A stretch of DNA of 64,000 nt from NCBI RefSeq assembly GCF_009914755.1, contig NC_060935.1; one strand, given 5' to 3'. The stretch comes from the human T2T-CHM13v2.0 reference genome, Homo sapiens. Of the stretch, positions 42,956 to 59,172 are shown in pieces; the first letter of the stretch is position 1; each line of letters opens with the position of its first letter. Made by a program: the position numbers and the translations under genes. The notes beneath the pieces are model-generated. The model made no database searches. It saw only the letters and a program-made list of their open reading frames with translations, and had not been told where the DNA came from.

Positions 42956-43284
42956 AAATTCAAAGTAATTCAGAACTACACTTCTCAAAAATAACCTCTA
43001 AGTGTTAGAGTGGTGGTGAAGTATATCCTTAGAACACAGGAAAATACCTTAAAAATCCCTTTCATTGCTGATAGTCTCAAAATCTACCACCTAACAAATA
43101 GCTGTTCCTCAAAATTCTCACTCTCTTAATACTAAAGAATTTTTTTACCTTTTTCTCCTGAGAGCTTCCTCTCTTTTTTAGTGTCATATTCCTTCCTCCT
43201 TCTCCCTTGCACATTGCTTTAGTCTGAATCCTTCTCATAACAAAACTCATTTTCCCATTATCTAGATCAGTACAACAAGGCAGC

Positions 43285-43500
43285 ATATAGCACAGTGGTC
43301 AACAGCCTAGACTCTGGAACTGTTAAATTAATAATTTCTGGATTTAATTTCAAATCCTGTAAGTTACCAGCTATGACTCATTTGTTCCTCTGTAAAATGG
43401 ATAATAGCACATACCTCATATGGCTATGGTAAAAATTCATATATTAAAAGTGACTGAGACCAAAACTTATCATACAGTAGGAACCAATTAGGTATTATTT
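43285..43500 (+). mobile_element. MIR
   Basis: atagcacagtggtcaacagcctagactctggaac...ctctgtaaaatggataatagcacatacctcata. Confidence 0.6.
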
Positions 43501-44481
43501 TTGTTTTCCAAAGGCACCTACTAATAACAAATGAGAAAGAAAAAATTTCAAAACATTTGCTGTGGTATGGCAATATCAAATATAGAGGAAACCAGACACG
43601 ATCTCTTTACTTCTCTGGTACCCTGTGTTAGAGTGCAAAGCTTGTGATGGAGTTTGAGTAGGGTTTCTTTCTTCTTCCCCTAATATAAGAAGTGACTAAT
43701 GGCTTACGCCAAGGAGATGGAGGTCAGTCTTTTGTCCTGATTCTCTTACAGCAGGCACAGTATTTCAACAGTCTGTCCAACAATTTGGCATTCCTCACAC
43801 CCTTTCCTGTATTCATTTCAATAAGCCCTGACATGTCCAAGCTCTGTAATCATAGTAGAGGAAAACCAGAAAAATTTACTTCTGCCTTCTGACAAGTTAT
43901 TCAACTTATTTATTAAGACATTCCACATACATTTATTGAGTACCTACCATGTGCCAGGCATTAAAGATAACTGAAAGAGCAAATTCACCACTGTTGTTAC
44001 TTTATGGAGTTGATAGGGTTTAGGACACATTTCCCCCAAATATGGTACATTGGCGTAGTGACTATTTTAAGCTGAAGGAATCTGAGAAAATGACAGAAGC
44101 AGAAAGGTCACTTAGACCTCTTCCCTGCCCTTCTTCCCAGCTGGTCATAAAACCTAGGAAGGGTTTTCTGACCCTCACCTGAAGTATGTCTTAAAATACT
44201 CACGTGAGAGGTACCCTCCCTCTTAGAATGAAGGGAGAATCCTTATCTCTGAAGACACAGGAACACAGAGTAGAATCTGAACAAACAGTCCTTGCTAAGT
44301 TTCCCCAGTTTATTACTATTAGATCATACTTTTTGCTCTACAGTATTGCTCCATGACTAGTCACTCTTCATCAACCCTACTATTAAAAACACCAAGGCTT
44401 AACAGTTTCTTCAGGTGTTCATTTCCTTATGGAGGCTCCTGGGTCAAGTAAGCCGTAAATAAAATTGAATGCTTTTGTTTT

Positions 44482-47047
<2,566 letters not shown>

Positions 47048-49626
47048 TGAATGCTTTTGTTTTGTATTGTTAGTCTGTCTTTTGTTGTAAGAGCCAGTTA
47101 TGAGTCCAGGATAGGTAAAGGGGAAGACATTTTTTTCTCCCCTATGAGTTTATACTGTGAAGAAGGAGATAAGACATTAATTAAATTATCTCCCAAATAA
47201 ATGCATATTTACAATTTTGAATAAGAGCTGATAAGAAAACTCATGATAAATGAATGTCAATATTAAGAGGACCTGAGCCACAGACATAGCAGTAGTAGAG
47301 TCTGACCTTTAAATTGAGCTGAGAAGAATGAATGGTCCTGGGTCCAAGGTGAGGTTTGGTGCTCCTTTCTGGGCTATTTTGGGGTTTCCTGCTGATGGAG
47401 CAATACTTACAAGGAACAGTAGCCACATGGTGGATGACATACCACTTCTGCTGGTCACTGGATACTTACCCAGTACTCCCCAGTGCAAGACTTCTCAGGT
47501 ACACTGTGTTATAGCACAAAGCTTATGATGGAAAATCTGAGCAGAGCTTCCCTTTTCTTCCCCCAGTATAACATATGAGTTATGGCAAATGCTGTCTTCA
47601 CTACCCAAGTTAGACATATATATGAGCTGCTAGAACTGGGAGCATAAATGAGGCATGAGCAGCCTCTGGAAGGCAGACCCTACCCACAACAGCTGATGCC
47701 ATGAGGCTTGGTAGCAGAAACAGAAGTAGGAATGAGTCTGCTATACTTGGGTGCAGTGATTAAAAGAGGAAAATGGCAGCCTCTGCTACAGTCAAATGCA
47801 GGAAGTGAAATGGGAGACAGTATGCTCACATCATCGGTATCCCTACCTCCCTCAAAAAAATCATGGCCACTTGTACCTCATTAGCTAGATTAGACATGTC
47901 TCTGGGGTGGGGCTCTGAAGGCAATAAGTAGGAGTAGAAATGTGGGCAGTTTTCTGTACCTAAGATGACAGAATCTTTACTTCCCTTTCTAGCAACTAGA
48001 AGTTAACAAGGTAAAGCTGGAAGGGGATCGGGGAGCACTCTAGGGTGCTAGGCAGAAGAAAGAGCACATACAAAAGACTGAGATGAAGAATGTATGGACA
48101 TTTAAGGAATGGAGAGAAAACCAGTGTACCTCGAGTGCAAAAGATGAGAGTGAGTGACTGTGGTGGACACGGGGCTGGAGAATAGACAGGGTTAGACCAT
48201 GCAGGGCCTTCATGGCCAAGCTAAGGAGGTTAGTGTCCTATCAACAATGGGAATCTCTGCATAGATTTGATTTAGTTTTCTCACCTTATACAAGCAGACA
48301 AAAATGTCTATGATTCATTTATGCTCTTAAAGACTATTAAAAAGGCAGTAGAGGGGCAGGGCCAAGATGGCTGATTAGCAGCAGTGCTGTTCGGAGAATC
48401 CCATCATAAAAAACTATGATAAGCATGTGAATGCTTCACCGGCAACCAAGGTATCCAGGTTGTCTCATCAAAATTGACTAGAAGGCTGGCATGACCCATG
48501 GAAAGAAAGGAGAACAGTGTGGTACTATGGCCCACCTGAGAGCCACACAGGGAAGGGGAATCCCCTCCACCCAGCCAAGGGAGGTGGTGAGTGAGTGCGC
48601 TATCCAGCCAGGGAAACTGCGCTTTTTCCACAGAACTGCACAACACATGGATTGGAAGATGCCACTTGCGAACCTACGCTAGAATCTGCTTAAGCCTACC
48701 AAACTTCTAGGGGGAAGGGCAAACAGCACCAGCTGCCACTGCCTGCTGTCTAAGCCTTTTGAGCTCCTTGGGAGAGGGGCAGCAACCAGCACTGGGACTC
48801 GCAACTGCCTAACATGCTAAGCTCCATGGGCTGGGGAAGGGCAGCACCCATTTCTGTAGCTCCAGGCTGTGCTTTTCCCCTGCCAGAGCTGGGAAGGCTG
48901 GATGGCTTGGCCCCAAAGCTTGTCCCCACAGCCCAACACATCAGCTGTGGCAATCTGCGGCCAGAGTGCCTCTTCAGCCCCGACCCTGACCCATCCTTCC
49001 TCAGTGGGTGAGGCTTTCCTGCAGGATCTCCAATAATTCCAGCCATAGGCTCATGGACAGAATTTGGATCTCCCTGGGCCTGAGCCCCTAGGGAGAGGGG
49101 TGGCTGCAGTCTCTGCGGACCAGCAGTCTTAAGTTTTTCCTCCGAGTAGTTCTGAGAATCCAGGCATCCCAGACAAATGGGTTTCCCTGCAGTGAAACAC
49201 ACCCTCTCCACCAAGGGACAAAGTGCTTCATTAAATGGGTCCTGCTCCCCGTGCCACCCAACTGGGTGAGACCCTTCAACATGGGTTGTCAGACACCCTA
49301 TATAGGAGAAATCCTACTGGCATCAGGTTGGTGCCCCTTGAGATCAGAGGTTCCGGAAGAAAGAGCAGGCATCCATCTTTGCTGCTCTGCAGCCTCCTTG
49401 AGTGACATCTCAAGGCATGGGAGTGAATCAGATGAATAAGGCCTTAAGTGAACCCCCTGCAAACTGCAGCAGTCCTACAGGAGAGGGACCTGACTACTGA
49501 AAGAAAAACAAACAAGCAGAAAGCAACAACAACAGCATTAGCAACAACAACAACAAAAAGGCCCCCTTAAAAACCCCATCCAAGGGTCAGCAGTCTCAAA
49601 GACCGAAGCTAGACAAACTCAAGAAG

Positions 49627-50683
49627 ATGAGAAAGAATCATTGAAAATATGCTGAAAACCCAAAAGGCCAGAGTGCCTCTTTTCCTTCAAATGGTTGCAA
49701 CATCTCTCTATCAAGGGTGAAGAACTGGAAGGAGGATCAGATGGAAGAATTGACAGAAGTAGGCTTCAGAAGATGGGTAGAAAAAAACTATGAGGAGCTA
49801 AAGGAGCATGTTCTAACCCAATGAAAAGAAGCTAAGAACCTTGATAAAGGGTTAGAGGGCTTGCTGACTAGAATAAACAGTTTAGAGAGGAAATAAATGA
49901 CCTGATGGAGCTGAAAAACACAGCTTGAGACCTTTTGAAGCATATACACATCAATAGCCGAATTGACCAAGCTGAAGAAAGGATATCAGAGTTTGAAGAA
50001 CACCTTACTGAAATAAGACATGCAGACAAGAATAGAGAGAAATGAGTGAAAAGGAATGAACAAAGCCTCCCAGAAATATGGGACTATGTGAAAAAACAAC
50101 CTACAATTGATTGGTGTACCTGAAAGTGACAGGGAGAATGGAACCAAGTTGGAAAACACACTTCGGGATATTATCCAGGAGAACTTCCCCAACCTAGCAA
50201 GACAGGCCAACATGCAAATTCAGGAAATACAGAGAAAACCATTGAGATACTCCATGATAAGATAAACCCCAAGACACACAATCAACAGATTATAAGGTTG
50301 AAATGAAGGAAATACTGTTAAGGGCAGCCAGAGAAAAAAGTCAGGTCACCTACAAAGGGAAGCCCATCAGACCTACAGCAGACCTCTGAGCAGGAACTCT
50401 ACAAGCCAGAAGAGATTGGGGGCCAATATTCAACATTCTACAAGCCAGAAGAGATTGGGGGCCAATATTCAACATTCTTAAAGAAAAGAATTTTCAACTC
50501 AGAATTTCTTATCCAGCTAAACTAAGCTTCATAAGTGAAGGAGAAATAAAATCCTTTCCAGGCAAGCAAATGCTGAGGGATTTCATTACCATCAGGCCTG
50601 CCCTGCAAGAGCTCCTGAAAGAAGCACTAAATATGGAAAGGAAAAACTGGTACCAGCCACAGCAAAAACACACCAAAATATAA
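49627..50683 (+). pseudogene. Disrupted L1 ORF1 (RNA-binding protein) remnant
   Basis: ATG at 49627 (atgagaaagaat) and ORF1-like sequence to taa at 50681-50683; multiple stops and frameshifts, so no long ORF appears in the track. Confidence 0.8.
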
Positions 50684-50745
50684 GACTAATGACACTATGA
50701 AGAAATTGTATCAACTAGTGTGCAAAATAACCAAATAGCATCATG

Positions 50746-53700
50746 ATGACAGGATCACATTTGTGCATAACAATATGAACCTTAAATGTAAATGGGCTAA
50801 ATGCCCCCATTAAAAGACACAGTCTGGCAAATTGGATAAGGTGTCAAGACCCATCAGTGTGCCATATTCAGGAGATCCGTTGTACATGCAAAGACACACA
50901 TAGGCTCAAAATAAAGGGATGGAGGAATATTTACCAAGCAAATGGAAAGCAAAAAAAAGAAAAAAAGCAGGGGTTGCAATCCTAGTCTCTGACAAATTTA
51001 AACCAACAAAGATCAAAAAAGACAAAGAAGGGCATTACATAATGGTAAAGGGAGCAATTCAACAAGAAGAGCTAACTATTCTGAAGATATATATATGCAC
51101 CCAATACAGGAGCACCCAGATTCATAAAACAAGTTCTTAGGGACCTACAAAGAGACTTAGACTCCCACACAATAATAGTGGGGGGACAGTAACACCTCAC
51201 TGTCAATATTAGATCAATGAGACAGAAAATTAACAAGGATATTCAGGACTTGAACTCATCTCTGGATCAAGTGGACCTAGTAGATATCTACAGAACTCTC
51301 TATCCCAAATAAACAGAATATACATTCTTCTCAGTGCCACAAGGCACTTATTTTACAATTGATCACATAGTTGAAAGGAAAACACTACTCAGCAAATGCA
51401 AAAAAACTGAAATAATGACAACCAGTCACTCAGACCACAGTGCAATCAAATTAGAACTCAGGATTAAGAAACTCACTCAAAACTACACAATTTCATGTAA
51501 ATTGAACAACCTGCTCCTGAATAACTCCTGGGTAAATAATGAAATTAAGGCAGAAATAAAGAAGTTCTTTGAAACCAATGAGAAGAGACAAAGTACCATA
51601 ATCTTTGGGAGACAGCTAAAGCAGTTTTAAGAGGGAAATTTATAGCACTAAATGCCCACATCAGAAAGCTAGAAAAATCAACACCCTAACCTCACAATTA
51701 AGAGAGCTAGAGAGGCAAGAGTAAACTAATCCAAAGGATAGCAGAAGACAAGAAATAACTAAGATCAGAGAAGAGTTGGAGATAGAGACATGAAAAACCC
51801 TCCAAAAAATTAATGAATCAAGGATCTGTTTTGTTTTTGAAAAATTAAAAAAATAGACCACTAGGTAGATGAATAAGGAAGAAGAGATATATAATAATCA
51901 AATAGACACAATAAAAATAATAAAGGGGATATCACCACTGACCCCACAGAAATACAGACTACCATCAGAGAATACTATAAACACCTCTATGCAAATAAAC
52001 TAGAAAATCTAGAAGAAATAGATAAATTCCTGGAAACATACACCCTACCAAGACTAAACCAGGAAGAAATTGAATCCCTGAATAGACCAATGACAAGCCC
52101 TGAAATTGAGGCAGTAATTAATAGTGTACCAACAAAAAAAAAGCCCAGGACCAGATGGATTCACAGCTGAATTATACCAGAAATACAAAGAAGAGTTGAT
52201 ACCATCCCTTCTGAAACTATTCCAAATAATTGAAAAGGAGGAACTCCTCCCTAACCCATTTTATGAAGCTAGCATCATCCTGATACCAAAACCAAGAAGA
52301 GACACAACAAAAAAGAAAACTTCAGGCCAATATCCCTGATGAACATCGAAGTGAAAATCCTTAACAAATAAAATACTGGCAAACCAAATCCAGCAGCACA
52401 TCAAAAAGCTTATCCACCACGATCAAGTCAGCTTCATCCCTGGGATGCAAGGCTGGTTCAACATATGCAAATCAATAAACATAATCCATCACATAAACAG
52501 AACCAAAGAGAAAAACCACATGATTATCTCAATAGACGCAGAAAAGGCCTTCAATAAAATTCAACATCCCTTCATGTTAAAAACTCTCAATAAACTAGAT
52601 ATTGATGGAATGTATCTCAAAATAATCAGAGCTATTTATGACAAACCCACAGCCAATATAATATTGAATGGGCAAAAGATGGAATCACTCCTTTTGAAAA
52701 CCAGCACAAGACAAGGATGCCCTCTCTCACCACTCTTATTCAAAATAATATTGGAAGTTCTGTCCAGGGCAATCAGGCAAGAAAAAGAAAGGGTATTCAA
52801 ATAGGAATACAGGAAGTCAAGTTGTCTCTATTAGCAGATGACATGATTTTATATTTAGAAAACCCCATCATCTCAGCCCAAAAACTTCCTGAACTGATAA
52901 GCTACTTCAGCAAAGACTCAGGATACAAAATTAATGTGCAAAACCCACAAGCATTCCTTTACACCAACAATGGGCAAGAAGAAAGCCAAATCATGAATGA
53001 ACTCCCATTCACAATTGCTACAAAGAGAGTGAAATACCTAGGAATACAGCTAACAAGGGATGTGAAGGATCTCTTCAAGGAGAACTACAAACCACTGCTG
53101 AAGAAAGTAAGAGAGGACACAAATAAATGGAAAAACATTCCATCCTCATGGATAGGAAGAATCGATATTATGAAAACAGCCATACTTCCCAAAGTAATTT
53201 ATAGATTCAATGCTATTCCCATCAAACTACCATTGACATTCTTCACAGAATTAGAAAAAAAATTTTAAATTTCATATGGAATCAAGACCCCATATAGCCA
53301 AGACAATCCTAAGTGAAAAGAACAAAGCTGGAGGCATCATGCTATCTGACTTCAAACTATACTACAAGGCTACAGTAACCAAAACAGCATGGCACTGGTA
53401 CCAAAACAGACATATAGACCAACGGAGCAGAACAGAGACCTCAGAAATAGCATCACACATCTAAAACCATCTGATCTTTGGCAAACCTGACAAAAACAAG
53501 GAATGGGGAAAGGATCTCCTATTTAGTAAATGGTGCTGGGAAAACTGGCTAGCTATATGCAGAGAACAGAAACTGGACTCTTTCCTTACACCTTATATGA
53601 AAATTAAATCAAAATGGATTAAAGAGTTAAATGTAAAACCCCAAACCATAAAAACCCGAGAAGAAAACCTAGGCAATACCATTCAGGACATAGGCATGGG

Positions 53701-54530
53701 CAAAGACTTCATGACAAAAACTCCAAAAGCAATTGCAACAAAAGTTAAAATTGACAAATGGGATCTAATTAAACTAAAGAGCTTCTGCACAACAAAAGAA
53801 ACTATCATCAGAGTGAACAGGCAGCCTACAGAATGGGAGAAAATTTTTGTAATCTGCCCATCTGACAAGGGTCTAATATCCAGAATTTACAAGGAACTTA
53901 AACATATTTACAAGAAAAAGACAGCTCCATCAAAATGTTTACTGACGCTTCTCAAAAGAAGACACTTACACACCTAACAAACATGAAAAAAAAAAGCTCA
54001 ACATCATTGAGCATCAGAGAAATGTAAATTAAAACCACAATGAGATACCATCTCACACCAGTCAGAATGGCAATTATTAAAAAGCAAACAATAGATGCTG
54101 GCAAGGCTGTGGAGAAATAGGAGCACTTTTGCACTGTTGGTAGGAATGTAAATTAGTTCAACTATTGTGGAAAACAGTATGGTGATTCCTCGAGGATTTA
54201 GAACCAGAGATACCATTTGACTCAGCAATCCCATTACTGGTTATATACCCAAAGGAATATAAATCATTCTAATATAAAGACACGTGCACATGTATGTTTA
54301 TTGCAGCACTATTTACAATAGTGAAGACATGCAACCGACCCAAATGCCCATCAATAATACACTGGATAAAGAAAATGTGGTACATGTACACCATGGAATG
54401 CTATTCGGCTATAAAAAGGAATGAGATCATGTTCTTTGCAGGGACATGGATGAAGCTGGAAGCCATCATTCTCAGCAAACTAACACAGGAACAGAAAACC
54501 AAACAATGCATGTTCTCACTCATAAGTGGG
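50746..54530 (+). pseudogene. Disrupted L1 ORF2 (endonuclease/reverse transcriptase) remnant
   Basis: Starts atgacaggatca; fragments [42 protein letters not shown]...[23 protein letters not shown] (FADD decayed to LADD at 52831), MFIAALFTI lie in shifting frames. Confidence 0.9.
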
Positions 54531-54734
54531 AATTCAACATTGAGAACACATGGACACAGAAAGGGGAGCAATACACACCAGGGCCTGTTGCAGGGTGAAG
54601 AGTGAGGGGAGGGAACTTAGAGGACGCGTCAATAGGTGCACCAAACCACCATGGCATATGTATACCTATGTAGCATGTTTTGCACATGTATCCCATTTTT
54701 TTGTTTTTAGAAGAAATGAAAAAGGCAAAAGAGC

Positions 54735-54838
54735 TAGGATGACCACATGTCCTGGTTTGCCTGCGAACAGTCAAAGTTTCTGCCCATTTTCCTAGCTGGA
54801 AAATATCTTGGTTTGGATGGTAAATTATGTGGCCACTA
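54735..54838. mobile_element. hAT-Blackjack MITE, MER81/MER94-like
   Basis: taggatgaccacatgtcctggtttgcc...ggtttggatggtaaattatgtggccacta with decayed terminal inverted repeats. Confidence 0.65.
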
Positions 54839-54849
54839 CATGTGCCTCA

Positions 54850-55100
54850 GTGTAGTGATTGAAAAAGCCTTTTAGATTTGTGGCCTGTAGATCTGGAACT
54901 ACATTGACTGAGTCAGTATCCAACTCTGACATTTCTTATTGGTGTGACCTTGGGCAATCATTCTGTTCCTTAGTTATATCATCTCTAAAATGAGTTAATA
55001 CTATACCAACATTTAAATTGTATAAGAATTGAATTATTGATATATATAAAACAGTGCCTGGAACACCATAGATGTTTAATAAATGCTAACTATCATTGTT
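54850..55100 (+). mobile_element. MIR
   Basis: gtgtgaccttgggcaatc...aaaacagtgcctggaacaccatagatgtttaataaatgctaactat. Confidence 0.7.
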
Positions 55101-55244
55101 GCACATTTATTTACTTATTCTAATGGTGTTTTGAACAAGCATTTAGAAAATTATTATTGCATTCCACTGAGTTTGCATTTTATAATGGGAAGGCAGGGTT
55201 GGTTCAGATGCCCCACGGTTATAATGTGGAATGTCAATTAATAG

Positions 55245-55480
55245 AAGCCATCACCACTTCAGTGCATGCTGGGTGTCAGGCTCTGTGCTAAGTAGTTTAC
55301 AGATGGTTTTTTCCTTACTCTTCCCCAACAATCTCTGAGGGGTATGCATCATGGGTCTGGTTTACAGATGGGAAACTGGGTTTGGGGAGGTTAAGAATTT
55401 CTCCAGTTGAACAAAGTGGTAAAGTAGAGATTTTATTCCATCTTCCAGATCCATGATCCAGTCTCGAAACCATTACATTC
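55245..55480 (-). mobile_element. MIR
   Basis: gtcaggctctgtgctaagtagtttaca...tttacagatgggaaactggg...gaggttaag. Confidence 0.65.
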
Positions 55481-56457
55481 CATGCCCCTCTGATGCCAAC
55501 CTTAGAGACAAGGCAGGTTAAGCTCTTCTTAGGAGCCAGCCAACACTTCTAATCCATTTGTCCAAACTTCCCCTCATTCAGACATATTTGTATTTTTAGT
55601 CTGTAGCATTCCCGGGGGCAAGAAGGGAGAAATACATTCTTTAAGTCTCCTATTCACTGTTTTACAGTAGGAAAGGCCTAGCTTAACTGACTTAAAACTA
55701 CTTACTCTTACTTTCCTAAGGGGTTGTCTTGTCCTTTTTAATGAGAATTTTGGGTTCTGTTTATGCAGAATGGTCACAATATGATTGGTTTTGAGCATGT
55801 CCTCTGTCGACCTCTTCTTTTTCTTACTGAAGAGCTGAACCTTTTCCTTCTGTCCTTACATGTCAGTCCCAGATTCTCAGCCCTATTTCTGTTCATGTTG
55901 GGAGTATAAAGTGTGTGGTTTATAAAGTACAAGACTGAACAGATGCACTTTGTTCTATACTTGAAAGATTATGTACGTGAGACTATTAAAAGGTTATGTC
56001 TTATGAACTTAGCTGGAGAATCACAAAATCGCATTTCTTTTGCAGTGGCTCTTTAATCTATTTCCACTGAATAATGGTGTCATTGTCCTTGGATCCAAGC
56101 AGGCTTCGGGTGAATTCTTAGTTCTACCATTTACTTACTGTGTGTACTTCGGCAAGCTCTTCTACTCTCAGAGCCCTGGTTTCCCCATCTGGACACCCAC
56201 AGATGGGAAAGGGATGGCTTGTACCTGTGAAGTATCATTTAAAGTCACTTCACGGCCACTCTCTCAGTAGCCCTGAGCTGTTGGGTAGGAAAACTGGGAA
56301 GCTAACTCAGAGTTTCTGTTTCCACGTCCAGAACCAGCTGGTACAAAGAGCATGGGTTTTACAAGACCAACCTAAATTTGGAACCCACCTCTAGCATATT
56401 TAGCTTTTTGTAACCACTCCAAGTCAGCTCCTCAGTGTAAAATCTCCATACAAATAT

Positions 56458-56886
56458 ATTAGTCTTCGAAATAATGTTCACCAAAATATGTCTACATCTT
56501 CATTCCTAGGACCTATGAATATGTTAACTTACATGGCAAAAGCAACTTTGCAGATGTTACTAAGGGAAGGATCTTGAGCTGGGAAGATCATTGTGAATTA
56601 TTCTCTTGGGTCTGACATAATCACAAAGGTTCTTATAAGAATGGGGTAGGCAGGTCAGAGTCAGAAAAGAAGATGTGATAATGGAAGCAGAAATTGGAGG
56701 GATGCAAGGAAGGGGCATGAGCCAAAGAATGCAGGTGGAAAAGACAAGGAAACAAATCCTCCCTGGGGCTTCCTGAAGGAAAACAACTCTGCTGATACCT
56801 TAAGACTTCTGACTCCAGAGCTGTAAGATAATCAGTCTGTGCTGTTTGAAGCCACTAAGTTACGGCAACAACAGGAAACTAATACA
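56458..56886 (+). mobile_element. MaLR LTR, MLT1C/D-like
   Basis: gaatatgttaacttacatggcaaaagcaactttgcagatg...tttgaagccactaagtt...ggaaactaataca. Confidence 0.8.
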
Positions 56887-57818
56887 GGACATTTATAATC
56901 ATGATAATGTTGATGATGACAGTCATAACTGATAATAATACTTCACATGGTATATATGTCCCAGGAATTTTTCTAAGTTTTATAGATGTATGTTTTACAT
57001 ATTATACACTATATATTATATATATTTATATTTTATACATTTCTATTTTACTTTGATACGTATTTCATATGTGTATATATATGTATATATATTTATGCAA
57101 TTCTCAGAACAATTTTCACAAAATAAACATTTTGCAGATGAGGAGACAGGCATAGAGAGGCTAAGTAACATTCTCAAGGCCACATAACCAGGAATGGACA
57201 AAGCTGACATTTGAATCATGTCAATTTATAAAGCACCTACAGAAGGCCTGGCACATAGTGCTTCCCAATAAATGGAGGGCACTATTATTGATATTCCTAC
57301 TACATGACATTTCTTCTAAATCTGTAAGAATGCTCATATTGCAGCAATGACTGGCTATGCTAAAGCTTTCTTCTCATGCTTACAGACACAGACTCCAGAG
57401 CTATGGGCCCTTCTAATCCCAGGCTCAGGTGAAACCAGTCCTGCCCTTTCTCTGTGAGGGCTCACCCAGGATAGAGGAGATGTGGGAAGGTAGTTGTTCT
57501 CATCCTATGTCAGCTATTGCACTTGCATTCCTACCTCTGCATTCTTCCTCCTTTGGAAACCACAAATTACCCAGCAGAGTCCTAGTGACAGAATGATGGA
57601 ACTGGGCTGGTGCCTGCAGCTGGGCTAAGTCAATAAAGGTGATAATGAACAGTAAGCAGAATTTGAAGAATGACTTGGAAAATTGCTGCTATTGATATTT
57701 CTGGCAGCCATCTGCTGTAAAACCAGACTCAAGTGGGTTGTTCCACAAGGCAAATCCTTTTGAGACAAATGATGGCAGTAATGATGAGAGTTCATATTTG
57801 TGCAACGTCTAAAAGTGT

Positions 57819-57876
57819 TTTTAGGTAATATATATATTTAGGTAATATATATTTTTAGGTAATATATATTACCTAA
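57819..57876. repeat. 17-bp AT-rich tandem repeat x3 ending in a perfect 22-bp palindrome, inside a MIR
   Basis: taggtaatatata at 57822, 57839 and 57856; ttaggtaatatatattacctaa (57855-57876) is self-complementary. Confidence 0.9.
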
Positions 57877-59172
57877 TTTTAGTTCTCAAAAACCCAGTGA
57901 CGTAGGACCCATTTCATAGATTAAAAAAAAAAAAAAAAAAAAAGGCAATCAGAGGGGTTAATTTCATTGACCCTGACTGCCTGGCTTGGTTGTGGCTGCA
58001 GAAATAATTTTTGAATTTTTAAGTAAGGACATACTTGGGGTAACCTTTGTCAATGCGCTTGACTTGGGACTGTATGGCCAGCAGATGTTCTCTTTACTAA
58101 CCTCACCAGGATAGAGGTCAGGATGGCTTTGGCTCCACTTCTGACAACCCCAGGTCAGAGCAGAACAGAGCTGTGTTTGTTGGGAATTGTTCCTTCTCAT
58201 AAAATGAGATACCAACATCCTACTCTGCACCTTTAACCTCCTCTCACTGCTCAGCTTACTCATGCTGGCTCCAAGTTCAAGTCCTCTGCTGCACACAGCT
58301 GTGGATGCCCTACACTCTTCACAGTTCCCCCACTGCTGCCTTTGTACCTCACCAGCTTCCAGACCTGTGTGCCACAGGTAGTGGGACACACGATAAACAT
58401 TTTTTGAATGACCAAATGGTCTGGAAGAAAAAGGCTCCAGAGGCACAATTTTCTATTTATGATCCTGTTTAACATTTTTATGGAGAGCTATTTTCAAATC
58501 ACTGCCCCTTTGTTTTAGTCCTGATTTGTAAGTTTTATTTCACAGTTACTAAGAAACTTGAATTAGTTATCAACCTCGTGATGCAGCCACGATGTTCATC
58601 CTTTTAAAATCATAGCTTGTTATAAGAGAAGGAAATCGTAGTACTCAGCTTAGAAAACAAGCTCAGAAAAGGCAAGTTCAAGGTCATGCAATTAGTTATT
58701 GGTAGAGCCAGGATAGGAAATAATACATATTTCTTATACAAAAAAGAAATTACCTTCACAGATCATATACACATACGTGATTTTGTTTAATCCTCAACAA
58801 GCCTGTGAAGCTTAGAAAGATTAAGTAACTTGTCTACAATACACGGTTCATAAGAGGAAGACAAAATGGGGGCTAGACTTGGGTCTTTGTGAGCTGAGTC
58901 TCATTTGTTGGGGAACAAGCTCTCCTGACTTTTCCTCATACTTTTAATTATTTATAATTTGTTCTAGTTTCTCCCTACATCTTCAGTAATCAGTCTTTAA
59001 TTTACACATCCTGTTGTCACAGAACCACTCTCTTACCGTTTTGTTAAATATGATTTCTAGCTAGCTAATACGATTTTGAGCTACTTACCCCCTGCCCTGT
59101 ATACTCAGAAGTTTAAAATTTGCTAAATTATTTGTCTGAGGTAATAAATAGAAAGAGTGAGGAAGATTGAGG

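Larger units (their letters stand above)
48354..54718 (+). mobile_element. Full-length (~6.4 kb) L1PA8A-like element, coding-dead
   Basis: 5' UTR starts ggggcagggccaagatggc (YY1 core); 3' UTR gggaacttagaggacgcgtcaataggtgc...tttttagaagaaat typical of L1PA8A; TSD aaaaaggcagtagag (48339-48353) / aaaaaggcaaaagag (54719-54733) at a TT/AAAA endonuclease site. Confidence 0.93.

Noticed and set aside
48750-49214. 154-aa antisense ORF in the L1 5' UTR (ORF0-like?)
   Set aside because: Non-ATG start and no resemblance to the short ORF0 of young L1PA elements; GC-rich UTRs often give long chance ORFs
52717-53268. Longest ORF (183 aa) with an RT-like ADD motif
   Set aside because: A fragment of the frameshifted L1PA8A ORF2; not an independent or domesticated gene on this evidence
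57964-58446. 160-aa minus-strand ORF in apparently unique DNA
   Set aside because: Non-ATG start, no recognisable domain, no splice context; consistent with a chance ORF
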